DNA from: Desulfomonilia bacterium
GTDB taxonomy: Bacteria > Desulfobacterota > Desulfomonilia > UBA1062
DNA length: 64,000 nucleotides
Reading direction: 5' to 3'
Assembly (NCBI GenBank): GCA_050014195.1
Contig: JBEKDT010000002.1
Coordinates: 160,001-224,000 of the forward strand
Below are positions 9,968-19,576 of the stretch, one piece after another. A model generated the notes under the pieces. That model did not search any database, was not told the origin of the DNA, and saw only the letters and a list, made by a program, of their open reading frames with translations. Within the stretch, counting starts at the first letter, position 1, and every line of letters starts with the position of its first letter. The position numbers and the translations under genes are program-made.

Positions 9968-10067
9968 CCCTCTCCCTTGACGGGAGAGGGTTGGGGTGAG
10001 GGTGATAAAGGCTGAAACAACATGTTCAACCCCCCTCCCCTTAATCCCCTCCCACCAGGGGAGGGGA
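9968..10067. repeat. Paired palindromic intergenic repeat (CCCTCTCCC-Nx-GGGAGAGGG family)
   Basis: Two inverted units, CCCTCTCCCTTGACGGGAGAGGGTTGGGGTGAGGG and CCCCTCCCCTTAATCCCCTCCCACCAGGGGAGGGG; related copy at 14585-14695. Confidence 0.8.
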
Positions 10068-10095
10068 TATCAGTCTTTTTTCGAATACATAAATT

Positions 10096-10866
10096 TTATC
10101 TCCCTTTAAAGACTGGCTGCCGCTTCTCGATGAACGCCGTAATGCCTTCCAGGGCGTCCTCGGTGGAGGCCACCTCGGCGATCTTTCCGGACAGGTAGTC
10201 CAGGGCCTCTTCCAGCTTCATGCCTTCAGCTGCATGGAAGGCCTCCTTGCCGATCTTCATGCCGATGGGGCTCTTGGCTGTGAGGCTTTTCAAGACTGCG
10301 TCAATTGCACTGTCCAGCTCTCCTGCAGGCACTACCCTGGTGATCAGACCCAGGGCAAGTGCATCGGATGCCTTGATCCTCTCTGCCAGCAGGATCATCT
10401 CCATGGCCTTCTTCCTCGGTACGTTCCGGAATATAAGGGCACCTATCATCATGGGCCACAGGCCCACATTGACCTCGGGCGTGCCGAACTGCGAGTCGTC
10501 GCCGGCAATGACGATGTCGCAGGCGAGCATGAAACCCATCCCTCCTGCCAGGCAGTATCCCTTCACCCGGGCAACAGTGGGCTTCGGGAATGATGCGAGT
10601 CGCTTCAGGAGCTGTGCATACTTTGCAAACACCTTCTTGCCTTCTGTGGACAGGCTGTCACCCAGCTGTGCACCCGTGCAGAAGGCCTTGTCCCCTGCCC
10701 CGGTGACCAGCACGGCTTTGACATCCGCATCTTTTTCAGCGCTGTCCAGATATTCCAGAAACAGATGTATGGCCTCGGGAGTAATGGCGTTTCTCTGCTG
10801 CTCCCGGTTAATCGTGATATGGGCTACATTGTTTTCCACACGGTAGAGAAGGTGTTCATCCGGCAT
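10096..10866 (-). CDS. Enoyl-CoA hydratase/isomerase
   Basis: AFCTGAQL, AGGMG, FGTPEV, EGITAFIEKR; start at MPDEH overlaps the upstream BCCP gene. Confidence 0.9.
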   Translation of the reverse strand: MPDEHLLYRVENNVAHITINREQQRNAITPEAIHLFLEYLDSAEKDADVKAVLVTGAGDKAFCTGAQLGDSLSTEGKKVFAKYAQLLKRLASFPKPTVARVKGYCLAGGMGFMLACDIVIAGDDSQFGTPEVNVGLWPMMIGALIFRNVPRKKAMEMILLAERIKASDALALGLITRVVPAGELDSAIDAVLKSLTAKSPIGMKIGKEAFHAAEGMKLEEALDYLSGKIAEVASTEDALEGITAFIEKRQPVFKGR

Positions 10867-11380
10867 CTTTTTTCTCCTCTTCCTTCTCGATATCCACCAG
10901 GATCTGTCCGGGCATGACCTTTTCTCCCTCTGCAACATTGATCTTGAGCACACGACCCTTGAACGGTGCCTGGAGGGTTGTCTCCATCTTCATGGCAGAG
11001 ACCACCACAACACCCTGGCCTTTCTCCACCTCATTGCCCTCAGCCACCATGATGCGCACCACAACAGAGGGCATGGGCGGGGTGACCTCCTGGGGCAGCT
11101 CCTTGAGGCCCCTTCTGCGTGGGCCCGCCTGGGCAAGGGCATCGGCATCCTGGACCAGATAAGTGATGCCCCCCACATTGATGAGCTTTCCTTCTTGATT
11201 ATCTGTCAGGTAGGCGTTTACACCGGCACCGTCCACATCGAGGTGTATCTGGTTTGCCGAGATAACACGGTAATGGGCAATCAGGCTGCGGCCGCTGATA
11301 GTGGCAGTTATTGTCCCTTCATCAGTGAAATCGGCTTGAACAGGTATGTCCTGCCCGGCTATTCGTAAGGTATAGTTCAT
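10856..11380 (-). CDS. Biotin carboxyl carrier subunit (BT-like domain plus biotinyl domain)
   Basis: AMKME biotin attachment motif. Confidence 0.9.
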   Translation of the reverse strand: MNYTLRIAGQDIPVQADFTDEGTITATISGRSLIAHYRVISANQIHLDVDGAGVNAYLTDNQEGKLINVGGITYLVQDADALAQAGPRRRGLKELPQEVTPPMPSVVVRIMVAEGNEVEKGQGVVVVSAMKMETTLQAPFKGRVLKINVAEGEKVMPGQILVDIEKEEEKKDAG

Positions 11381-11411
11381 CTCATGTCTCCGTTCTTACC
11401 CGCGTATACAC

Positions 11412-12905
11412 TTATGGCCTGAAATTACCCAGGGTCAGCCATGGAGAAAAGGCCTCGGCATCAGACTGGGCAACAGCAGTGGGTCTCCTGCGGTTCGCTA
11501 CGGCATCCACCACATATGCCAGGGCCACAAGATCAATGCCTTGTATTAAGGGCTGCCATTGAGCAAAATGCGCTTCAATGAAGTCGGTGTATGTTTCACC
11601 CTTGATGAAGGCCTCGTTCGAGAGGATGTCCACAAGGAACGGAATCGGAGTCAGGACACCGAGAATCACATAGTCCTTCAGCGCCCTGATCATCCGCCTT
11701 ATGCAATCCTGTCTATTTTGGGCATGGACAATGAGCTTTGAAAGGATGGGGTCATACTCCACCGGCACGGTGAATCCTGAATAGATGCCGCTGTCGTTCC
11801 TGATGCCCGGTCCCCGCGGCTCCTTGACGAAATGGATCTTTCCCGATGAAGGCAGGAAAGCGCTCAAGGGGTCTTCGGCATAGATGCGGCACTCGATGGC
11901 GTGTCCTCGACCCACGATATCAGCCTGTGAAAGCATCAGTTGGTTGCCCGCTGCGATCTCGATCTGCTGCCTCACCAGGTCGATGCCCGTGATCATCTCG
12001 GTGATTGGGTGTTCCACCTGGAGGCGGGTGTTCACCTCGAGGAAATAGAAGCTGCCGTCCTGGTCGAGCAGGAACTCCACGGTTCCTGCATTCACGTATC
12101 CGGCGGCCTTGGCTGCAGCGACTGCAGCCTTGCCCATTTTATCCCTGAGCGTAGGTGTTAGGGCAGGTGACGGTGTCTCCTCGATGATCTTCTGGTGCCT
12201 CCTCTGGATGGAGCATTCCCGCTCCAGCAGGTGAATCACGTTGCCGTGGCTGTCCGCCAGGACCTGGAACTCAACATGGCGGGGCTTGTCGATATACTTC
12301 TCCAGATAGATGTCTCCGTTGCCGAAGGCGCTCTTTGCCTCCCTGGCCGCAGAGACGCATGCATCGGAAAAATCGCCCGGTTGCCGGACGACGCGCATGC
12401 CCTTTCCCCCTCCTCCTGCAGCTGCCTTGATGAGTACCGGGTAGCCGATCTGGCCAGCTTCACGGGCCAGAACATGAGGATCCGTCTCGGGCTGCATCAT
12501 GCCCGGGATGACGGGCACACCGCTCTTGATCATGGTACGCCTGGCATGGGTCTTGTCCCCGAGATCACGGATAGCCTGGGCAGGGGGCCCGATAAAAACC
12601 ACACCTTCCTGCTCGCACCTCTGAGCGAACAGAGGGTTTTCCGCTAAGAACCCGTAGCCCGGATGGATGGCATGGGCCCCGGTCTGTTTGGCCGCTGCAA
12701 TGATCTTGTCCATGTTGAGGTAGCTCTCCACAGGTTCCGAAGGTCCAAGACATACGGCCTGGTCGGCCTCCAGGACATGCAGGGCATCCCGGTCGGCCTC
12801 AGAATAGACGGCCACCGTCTTGATGCCCATTTCGCGGCATGTTGCAATGATCCGCACAGCGATCTCGCCCCGGTTGGCTATGAGTATCTTGTCGAACATT
12901 GTCAT
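11412..12905 (-). CDS. Biotin carboxylase subunit of an acyl-CoA carboxylase (MCC/GCC type)
   Basis: IANRGEIA, HPGYGFLAEN, GGGGKGMR, ERECSIQRRHQK, NTRLQVEHP. Confidence 0.93.
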   Translation of the reverse strand: MTMFDKILIANRGEIAVRIIATCREMGIKTVAVYSEADRDALHVLEADQAVCLGPSEPVESYLNMDKIIAAAKQTGAHAIHPGYGFLAENPLFAQRCEQEGVVFIGPPAQAIRDLGDKTHARRTMIKSGVPVIPGMMQPETDPHVLAREAGQIGYPVLIKAAAGGGGKGMRVVRQPGDFSDACVSAAREAKSAFGNGDIYLEKYIDKPRHVEFQVLADSHGNVIHLLERECSIQRRHQKIIEETPSPALTPTLRDKMGKAAVAAAKAAGYVNAGTVEFLLDQDGSFYFLEVNTRLQVEHPITEMITGIDLVRQQIEIAAGNQLMLSQADIVGRGHAIECRIYAEDPLSAFLPSSGKIHFVKEPRGPGIRNDSGIYSGFTVPVEYDPILSKLIVHAQNRQDCIRRMIRALKDYVILGVLTPIPFLVDILSNEAFIKGETYTDFIEAHFAQWQPLIQGIDLVALAYVVDAVANRRRPTAVAQSDAEAFSPWLTLGNFRP

Positions 12906-12918
12906 CTTATGTATCTCC

Positions 12919-14535
12919 CTACATCCTGAATATCCCAAACCCCATTACATCGTCCCTGATGGGGGCGTTCAATGCGGCGGATATGGCAAGCCCCAGGACA
13001 TTGCGGGTGTCCGCCGGGTCGAGGACACCGTCATCCCACAGGTTCGATGTGCTGTAGTAGGCATCACCCTGCATCTTGGCGGCATCCACAATGGGCTTCC
13101 GGATAGCCTCTTCTTCCTCGGCAGTCATTGGCGGCAGGCCTGCCTTGGCGTTCTGATCGTTCTTCAGGGTGATGAGCACACCGGCTGCCTGCTCGCCGCC
13201 CATAACCCCGATCTGGGCATTGGGCCACATCCACAGGAACCGGGGCGAATAGGCCCTGCCGCACATCCCGTAGTTGCCCGCCCCGAAGGACGCCCCCACA
13301 ATGACCGTAAATTTAGGTACAGTGCAGGTGGAGACGGCATTGACCATCTTGTGCCCGTCCTTGGTGATGCCGAGCCGCTCATACTGCCTACCGATGATGT
13401 AACCGTTGATGTTCTGCAGGAAGAGCAGAGGAATACCTCGCCTGTCGCAGAGCTGGATGAACTGGGTGGCCTTGAGCGAGCTGTCGGAAAACAGGATGCC
13501 GTTGTTCCCCAGGATCCCCACGGGGTATCCATGTATGTATGCAAAGCCACATACGAGTGTGGGCCCATAGAGCTCCTTGAACTCAAGGAACTCGCTTCCG
13601 TCCACCATGCGTGCAATGATCTCGCGGCAGTCGTAGGGCACCTTCAGGTCCCTGCTCACGATCCCGTAGATCTCTTTAGCGTCGTAGATCGGAGGTTTGG
13701 GCTCGCGCATGGTAAGCCGTGCCTTCTCGCCCTTGGGCAAGGCACTGACGATCTTCCTGACGATGGAGATGGCATGGGCATCATCCTCGGCAAGATAATC
13801 CGAGACTCCTGACTCGATGCAGTGCACCTCTGCACCGCCGAGCTGATCGGCGGTCACCTCCTCGCCGGTGGCGGCCTTGACCAGCGGCGGCCCGCCCAGA
13901 AATATGGCGCCTGTGCCCTTGACATGGACTACCTCGTCGGACATGGCAGGGACATAAGCACCGCCTGCCGTACAGAGGCCCATGACCGCCGTTATCTGCG
14001 GGATGCCCATCTTGGAGATGACAGCCTGGTTGTAGAATATCCTGCCGCCGTCATCGACGTCCGGGAAGATCTCGGACTGGAGCGGCAGATATGCACCGGC
14101 CGAGTCCAGCAGGCTGACCATGGGAAGTCGGTTTTCCATGCAGATGGTCTGGCAGCGAAGGTTCTTCTTGACCCCCATCGGGTAGACGGCCCCGCCCTTG
14201 ATCATGGCATCGCTGGCAACCACAAATACTTCATGGCCTTCGACTATGCCGATACCTGACACAAGACCTGCGGCATGGACCCTGCCGTCATACATGCCCC
14301 TGGCTGCTAAAGGCGCGATCTCCAAGAACGGTGTATTCTTGTCAAGGAGCAAGTCGAGCTTGGTGCGTACAGGCAGTTTTCCCTGGGCCTTCAAACGGTC
14401 GATGTCCTTCTGGGGCCGCTCCTCCCTGGCCTTTTTCAGTTCAGCCTTGAGGTCAGCCACAAGGGCTTCCATGGCCTCAAAGTTGTTCCTGTACCCATCG
14501 GACTTTGTATCGATCCTGGTTTCTATGACATCCAT
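12919..14535 (-). CDS. Carboxyltransferase subunit, methylcrotonyl-/geranyl-CoA carboxylase beta type
   Basis: DSAGAYLP, CTAGGAYVP, SFGAGNYGMCGRAY, WDDG motifs. Confidence 0.92.
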   Translation of the reverse strand: MDVIETRIDTKSDGYRNNFEAMEALVADLKAELKKAREERPQKDIDRLKAQGKLPVRTKLDLLLDKNTPFLEIAPLAARGMYDGRVHAAGLVSGIGIVEGHEVFVVASDAMIKGGAVYPMGVKKNLRCQTICMENRLPMVSLLDSAGAYLPLQSEIFPDVDDGGRIFYNQAVISKMGIPQITAVMGLCTAGGAYVPAMSDEVVHVKGTGAIFLGGPPLVKAATGEEVTADQLGGAEVHCIESGVSDYLAEDDAHAISIVRKIVSALPKGEKARLTMREPKPPIYDAKEIYGIVSRDLKVPYDCREIIARMVDGSEFLEFKELYGPTLVCGFAYIHGYPVGILGNNGILFSDSSLKATQFIQLCDRRGIPLLFLQNINGYIIGRQYERLGITKDGHKMVNAVSTCTVPKFTVIVGASFGAGNYGMCGRAYSPRFLWMWPNAQIGVMGGEQAAGVLITLKNDQNAKAGLPPMTAEEEEAIRKPIVDAAKMQGDAYYSTSNLWDDGVLDPADTRNVLGLAISAALNAPIRDDVMGFGIFRM

Positions 14536-14584
14536 CGTTTTCTCACCTCATCTTGCTTACTCGATTTATCCCAAAATACTTTCG

Positions 14585-14695
14585 CCCCCCTCACCCTATC
14601 CCTCTCCCGCCAGGGGAGAGGGAACTTAACACCCTCATGTCTGGTTAAATATCCCCTCTCCACCTTTTTAGGGGGAGAGGGCCAGGGTGAGGAGG
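14585..14695. repeat. Paired palindromic intergenic repeat (CCCTCTCCC-Nx-GGGAGAGGG family)
   Basis: CCCCCCTCACCCTATCCCTCTCCCGCCAGGGGAGAGGG followed by an inverted unit CCCCTCTCC..GGGGGAGAGGGCCAGGGTGAGG. Confidence 0.8.
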
Positions 14696-14773
14696 TACAT
14701 TCTTATTCCCAGCAAAATTGTTACACATTCCTTGCATGTAAACCATCCGGCCTAGTAAATGGGTTAATCCAAA

Positions 14774-15934
14774 TTATGCCTGCACGTACCTGTCCAGCTC
14801 TGTTCGGGAGATCAATGCCCGCTGCATCTCGGATGTTCCTTCACAGATCTCACCGAACTTGGCGTCGCGGTAGAGTCTTTCCATATCGCTGCCTGCAAGA
14901 TATCCATGGCCTGCCAAGATCTGCATCCCCCAGTTAGCGATTTTCGTTACAGCCTCACTGGAAAAGAGCTTGGCACAGGCAGCCAGTTCCTCTGCCCCGT
15001 GTTCGGAGGTATTGAGCGACCAGGCAGCACGCAGGCCGAGCATCCTCCCCAGGTCATTGTTGGTGAACATGTCAGCCAGTTTGAATCCTACATCCTGGTA
15101 CATGCCTATGCGTCTGCCAAAGGCGATCCTGGTCTTGGCATGGTTTGTAGATACTTCCATGCAGGCCATTCCGATACCGACACACAGGGCAGCAATCCCA
15201 ACAGCACCCATAGTCAATATCTTATTTATCTGTCCATAGCCCTTCCCAGGAACACCTCCCAGTATCCCTGCTGCAGCACAGTTCTCCATGGAGACCGAAG
15301 CAATAGGGGCACCCCGCAGACCTAGAGTCTCGATGGGGGCGGCTACTTTTAATCCTTCAGCACCTTTCTCCATGATGAAAATGCTCATACCCTGCTCGGC
15401 TCCGGCATCTTTGTCATTGTATGCAAGAACCAGCAGCACGTCCGCTATGGGGGCATTCACCACGAAATTTTTCATCCCGCTGATAACCCACGTATCACCA
15501 TTTCTTCGCGCCACGGCAGCGATTGCCGCCATGTCGGATCCCGCCTGCTCCTCGGAGTATGCAAAAGCCCCCACCTTCTCTGCCTTGAGGATGGCTGGGA
15601 CATATCGCTGTTTCTGCTCAGGGGTGCCAAGCAGCTTCAATGTAGCGGCGCACAGAAATGCGCTTGCGCGTGCGCTGAGAAACGTTGCCGGACATGCCTT
15701 TGCAATCTCCTCACCGGCAATATAGTGCGCGATAAGGTCCAGGCTGTCGTCTGCATAGCCTGCCTCCAGCCAGCCGGCATTTGCGAGGAGCTTCAGGTTT
15801 TCCTTCATGTATGTGCATGCTTCATTACGCGAGCTTTGGTCGAGCATCTTGGCCCTGGGCGCGATCTGTGCCCGGCAGAAGGCAGCCAGGTCCTGCTGCA
15901 ACTTTATTTCCTGCAAAGAAAGCTGGTAATCCAT
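14774..15934 (-). CDS. Acyl-CoA dehydrogenase family protein
   Basis: SEEQAGSD, ERLYRDAK..EICEGTSEMQ. Confidence 0.88.
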   Translation of the reverse strand: MDYQLSLQEIKLQQDLAAFCRAQIAPRAKMLDQSSRNEACTYMKENLKLLANAGWLEAGYADDSLDLIAHYIAGEEIAKACPATFLSARASAFLCAATLKLLGTPEQKQRYVPAILKAEKVGAFAYSEEQAGSDMAAIAAVARRNGDTWVISGMKNFVVNAPIADVLLVLAYNDKDAGAEQGMSIFIMEKGAEGLKVAAPIETLGLRGAPIASVSMENCAAAGILGGVPGKGYGQINKILTMGAVGIAALCVGIGMACMEVSTNHAKTRIAFGRRIGMYQDVGFKLADMFTNNDLGRMLGLRAAWSLNTSEHGAEELAACAKLFSSEAVTKIANWGMQILAGHGYLAGSDMERLYRDAKFGEICEGTSEMQRALISRTELDRYVQA

Positions 15935-15954
15935 TGTCCACCCCCTTTAAGGAA

Positions 15955-17103
15955 TTACATCATCATGATCCGAGACACGATCATGCGCATGATATCCGAA
16001 GTGCCGCCGCCTATGGCTGCAAGCTTGGAATCACGAAAATTTCTTTCTACCGGATATTCATGCATGAAGCCATACCCACCGAAAATCTGCACAGCATCCG
16101 ATGCCATCTCGAAGCCCCTGTCGCCGGCATAGACCTTGCTGACTGCCGCCTGAAGCGGGTTGAGCATCTGGCCCCTGTCCTTGGCAGAGGCGACCCGGTA
16201 AATAGCGAGCCTGGATGCCTCCACAAAGACTTTCATGTCCGCGACCCGGTGCTGAATGGCCTGGAAGCTCCTGATGGGCCGGTTAAATTGCTGCCGCTCA
16301 TTGGCATACCGGGCACACAGATCCAGGTTATAGAGCGCCGCACCCAGCATGGGCGAGAGCAGCGTGCAGCGGTCCCACTCCACCCCGGATAGGGCAATGA
16401 TCCAGCCCTTCCCTTCGCCGGCCAGCACATTCTCGGCCGGGACTTCACAGTCTTCAAAGAAAACCTCGGAAGTCGCTGAGCATTTGCACCCCATCTTATG
16501 AAAAGGCTTGCTTGTGGACAGCCCCGGAGTCCCTTTTTCTATGATGAAGGCCGTAATGCCTTCATGTTTTTTTGCCCGATCCACATTGGCAAACACTACA
16601 AAGACATCAGAGACGGGTGCGTTGGTAATGAAGGTCTTTGACCCGTTGAGGATATAGCGGTCTCCCTTTTTGGTCGCTGTGGTCCGGATGGATGCGGCAT
16701 CCGATCCTGCACCCGGCTCGGTCAGGCCCATACATCCGATCCACTCACCTTGTGCAAGTTTGGGGACGTACTTTTTTTTCTGCTCTTCGGTACCGAAATG
16801 AAAGATGTTATGCGCACACAGATAGGTATGGGCCCCCCAGGCAAGCAGGCTTCCGCCGTCAACACCCGCATGCCCCAATGCCTCTCCGGCCAGGCAGCAG
16901 GTGACGATGTCGGCCCCTGACCCTCCAAGCTCCTCGGGAAAAGGCAGCCCCAGTATCCCGAATTCCGCAAGCTTGCTCCAGATCTCGAAACTGAACTCTC
17001 CCTTGAGATCCGCCTCTTCGCAGAGAGGTGCTATCTCGTCCTTGGCATAGCGGAAGACGGAATCCCTGAACATCTTCTGTTCTTGAGTAAGATTAAATTC
17101 CAT
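15955..17103 (-). CDS. Acyl-CoA dehydrogenase family protein
   Basis: LTEPGAGSD, GSKTFITNAP, QIFGGYGF, RDSK..IGGGTSD; start at MEFNL. Confidence 0.9.
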   Translation of the reverse strand: MEFNLTQEQKMFRDSVFRYAKDEIAPLCEEADLKGEFSFEIWSKLAEFGILGLPFPEELGGSGADIVTCCLAGEALGHAGVDGGSLLAWGAHTYLCAHNIFHFGTEEQKKKYVPKLAQGEWIGCMGLTEPGAGSDAASIRTTATKKGDRYILNGSKTFITNAPVSDVFVVFANVDRAKKHEGITAFIIEKGTPGLSTSKPFHKMGCKCSATSEVFFEDCEVPAENVLAGEGKGWIIALSGVEWDRCTLLSPMLGAALYNLDLCARYANERQQFNRPIRSFQAIQHRVADMKVFVEASRLAIYRVASAKDRGQMLNPLQAAVSKVYAGDRGFEMASDAVQIFGGYGFMHEYPVERNFRDSKLAAIGGGTSDIMRMIVSRIMMM

Positions 17104-17145
17104 AGGAGAACCCCTTTGATATTTATACTTAAAGTTAAAATTACT

Positions 17146-17309
17146 ACTATCAGTAATATTTAAACCACCGGTTAACTGCAATGTCAAGGCTATAACATAC
17201 CTGCACAGGCTATTTTGTCTGTTTTGTATAGGATCGGCCTGCAATTTTCTTGACATTCTCCATTGCCGATGTTTTATCTTTAACTGTTAGTAGTTTTTTT
17301 ACCTTTGGT
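17146..17309. promoter_or_regulatory. Divergent promoter region with two tandem candidate TetR operator pairs
   Basis: ACTATCAGT-N9-ACCACCGGT (17146-17172) and ACTGTTAGT-N9-ACCTTTGGT (17283-17309); TTGACA at 17250-17255 (+) and 17182-17187 (-). Confidence 0.55.
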
Positions 17310-17344
17310 TTTATCAGCATGATTATAAAGGAAAGAGGTAGCGG

Positions 17345-18010
17345 ATGCACAGACATCGAGAGGTGATACAGAAAAGGAAAAAGAGAGAAAAGGACCAGCG
17401 CATCCAGGGGATTCTCTCTGCAGCTAAACAGGTCTTCTTCTCAAAAGGCTACCAGAGAACCACCATGGATGAAGTCGCCTTTGAGGCTGAGGTCAGCAAA
17501 CCCACAATATATCAGTACTTCAGGACAAAAGACGAGCTCTATTCGGCACTCATGCTTCCCTTTCTTGAAGAATTCGGCTCCCACTTTGAGCGCATTGGCA
17601 AGAAGCTCGATGCAAATCGCTATACTACAGGCAAAACCCTTGTGAAAGATTTTTTCAGGGCCTTCCTCAAGAGCTATGAGGCCGCCCCTGATTCCCTCAG
17701 GGTGGCCAATACATTTTTTCAGCATGCAGATCTCATCAATGCACTCAATCAGGACACACGTGACGCCATCAGCAATAAAGGTCGGTATGATTTCGAGCTG
17801 GCCAGGGGGATATTGGAAACGGCCATCGACAAAGGTCTTATCAAAAAAATCAACCCCTATGCCCTTTCCGACATTATCTGGGGTCTGCTGCTTGGGATTA
17901 CTCAGGTCATGGACATGAAGGCAACGAAACATGCAGATGCAAGTAAATACCTTAAGACAACACTTGCAGAGGCAGAGAAGCTCATCTCAGATGCTATTGT
18001 CCTCAAATAG
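17345..18010 (+). CDS. TetR/AcrR family regulator
   Basis: GYQRTTMDEVA..AEVSKPTIYQYFRTKDEL helix-turn-helix; divergent from the catabolic operon. Confidence 0.93.
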   Translation: MHRHREVIQKRKKREKDQRIQGILSAAKQVFFSKGYQRTTMDEVAFEAEVSKPTIYQYFRTKDELYSALMLPFLEEFGSHFERIGKKLDANRYTTGKTLVKDFFRAFLKSYEAAPDSLRVANTFFQHADLINALNQDTRDAISNKGRYDFELARGILETAIDKGLIKKINPYALSDIIWGLLLGITQVMDMKATKHADASKYLKTTLAEAEKLISDAIVLK

Positions 18011-18130
18011 GTGATGGTGGGTTATGCTTCATGCCCCATCCTTGACGGGGTCTACGGAAATATTGTTTAGGGTTTGAACACTCACCCCAACTCGATTTGC
18101 ATCCTTCAATCACTATTCACCAATCACCGG

Positions 18131-19576
18131 CTACGGTTCAAACTTGGCATCAGGGCATTCGGTGCAGATTGGAGGTATCGGGCTCATGGCAACATGCTCC
18201 TCAATGACCCGCATGGTTTTCCATTTACCCTGGAGGAAACGGCCGAAAAAGGCAAACCCCAGTACGATTACATAGATCGTGACGATGGTCCACCCTGCCA
18301 TCAACCCATACCCCAGGGCCACTATGGACACGTAGGTGGGGATGACGAGCACAAAGGCCGAGACCAGCACGATCATGTACATTACGAAGCGCGTGTCGCC
18401 CGCGCCCTTGATGGCTGAGGCGAAGATGACATTCATCGTGTCGAACACGGAATAGAAGGCCACGAATCTGAGCAGTATGATGGTGAGGCGCTCGATATCG
18501 GCATATTCCCCTGCATGGGTCTGGGCTGCAAAGGGTGCCACAAAGACATGCGGCACCGTTACGAACAGTACAGCAATAGTGCACATATAGATAAAGGTCA
18601 TGCCGAATCCGGAATAAACACTCCTGGCAGCGAGGTCGGGCCTGTTTTTACCAAGGTACTGCCCCACGAGCACTGAGACTGCGATGCCGAAACCGATCAT
18701 GGGCATGAATGCCAGCGTGTTGATGTTGAAGGCGATATTTGTTGCCGCAAGGCTCACCGTCCCGAGGCGTCCTAATATAAGAACGAAAGCCGTAAACCCG
18801 GCCATATCGAGGAAAAACTGTACCCCGGCCGGGACCCCGAACTTCAGCAGGCGCACGAAGAGTTCTCTGTCGGGTCTCCAGCCTGACAGGGTATGATATA
18901 TGCTGTCATACGAGGGGCGTAAAATGAGCGCAACATATGCAAAGAAGGAAAAGAACGCTGAGATGACCGTGGCAATGGCCGCACCCTTCATCCCCATCTC
19001 GGCAAATCCCCATTTCCCGAAGATGAGCACATAATCAAGCACAATAGTGACAAGGGTGGAAAGCACATCCACCAACATGATCGGCCAGGTCTTTCCTCTG
19101 CCCGAAAAGAACCCGGCCAGGGAAGCCGATGCGATCACCGGGCCCCCCCCGATGCAGAGATACTGAAAATAGACTACCTCATTTTCACGAACCGCAGGAT
19201 CATGCCCCACAAAGGTGAAGATGGGTCCGGCAAGGGGGATCAAGCCCAGGATGAAGACTCCGCCGGCCAGCGACATGTATATACCTTGCCACAGTGCCGG
19301 GCCGATCCTGTGTGGCATACCGGCACCATGATACTGAGCCACGAATGTACTCACATAACTGGCAGTTCCAATGAAGAAACTCATGACCGTATAGTTCAAA
19401 ATACCTGCAGGCATGGCGGCTGCAATGGCCTCGGGCGAGTACCAGGCGAGGAACATCCGGTCCACGAAGTGCTGGATGGACCATGACCCGGTGCTGAGCA
19501 CGAGCGGGAAGGCCAAGACAAGCACCTCGCGTATTCCCGCTTGGCCGGACCATCTTTCTTTGAAAAATCCCCCCAT
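18131..19576 (-). CDS. MATE family efflux transporter
   Basis: About 12 hydrophobic segments, DRMF, GMKGAAIAT, GAGDT; start placed at MGGFF. Confidence 0.9.
   Translation of the reverse strand: MGGFFKERWSGQAGIREVLVLAFPLVLSTGSWSIQHFVDRMFLAWYSPEAIAAAMPAGILNYTVMSFFIGTASYVSTFVAQYHGAGMPHRIGPALWQGIYMSLAGGVFILGLIPLAGPIFTFVGHDPAVRENEVVYFQYLCIGGGPVIASASLAGFFSGRGKTWPIMLVDVLSTLVTIVLDYVLIFGKWGFAEMGMKGAAIATVISAFFSFFAYVALILRPSYDSIYHTLSGWRPDRELFVRLLKFGVPAGVQFFLDMAGFTAFVLILGRLGTVSLAATNIAFNINTLAFMPMIGFGIAVSVLVGQYLGKNRPDLAARSVYSGFGMTFIYMCTIAVLFVTVPHVFVAPFAAQTHAGEYADIERLTIILLRFVAFYSVFDTMNVIFASAIKGAGDTRFVMYMIVLVSAFVLVIPTYVSIVALGYGLMAGWTIVTIYVIVLGFAFFGRFLQGKWKTMRVIEEHVAMSPIPPICTECPDAKFEP

Noticed and set aside
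9968-10067. CRISPR array (also considered for 39561-39701)
   Set aside because: Only two inverted or degenerate units, no regular spacers and no cas genes.
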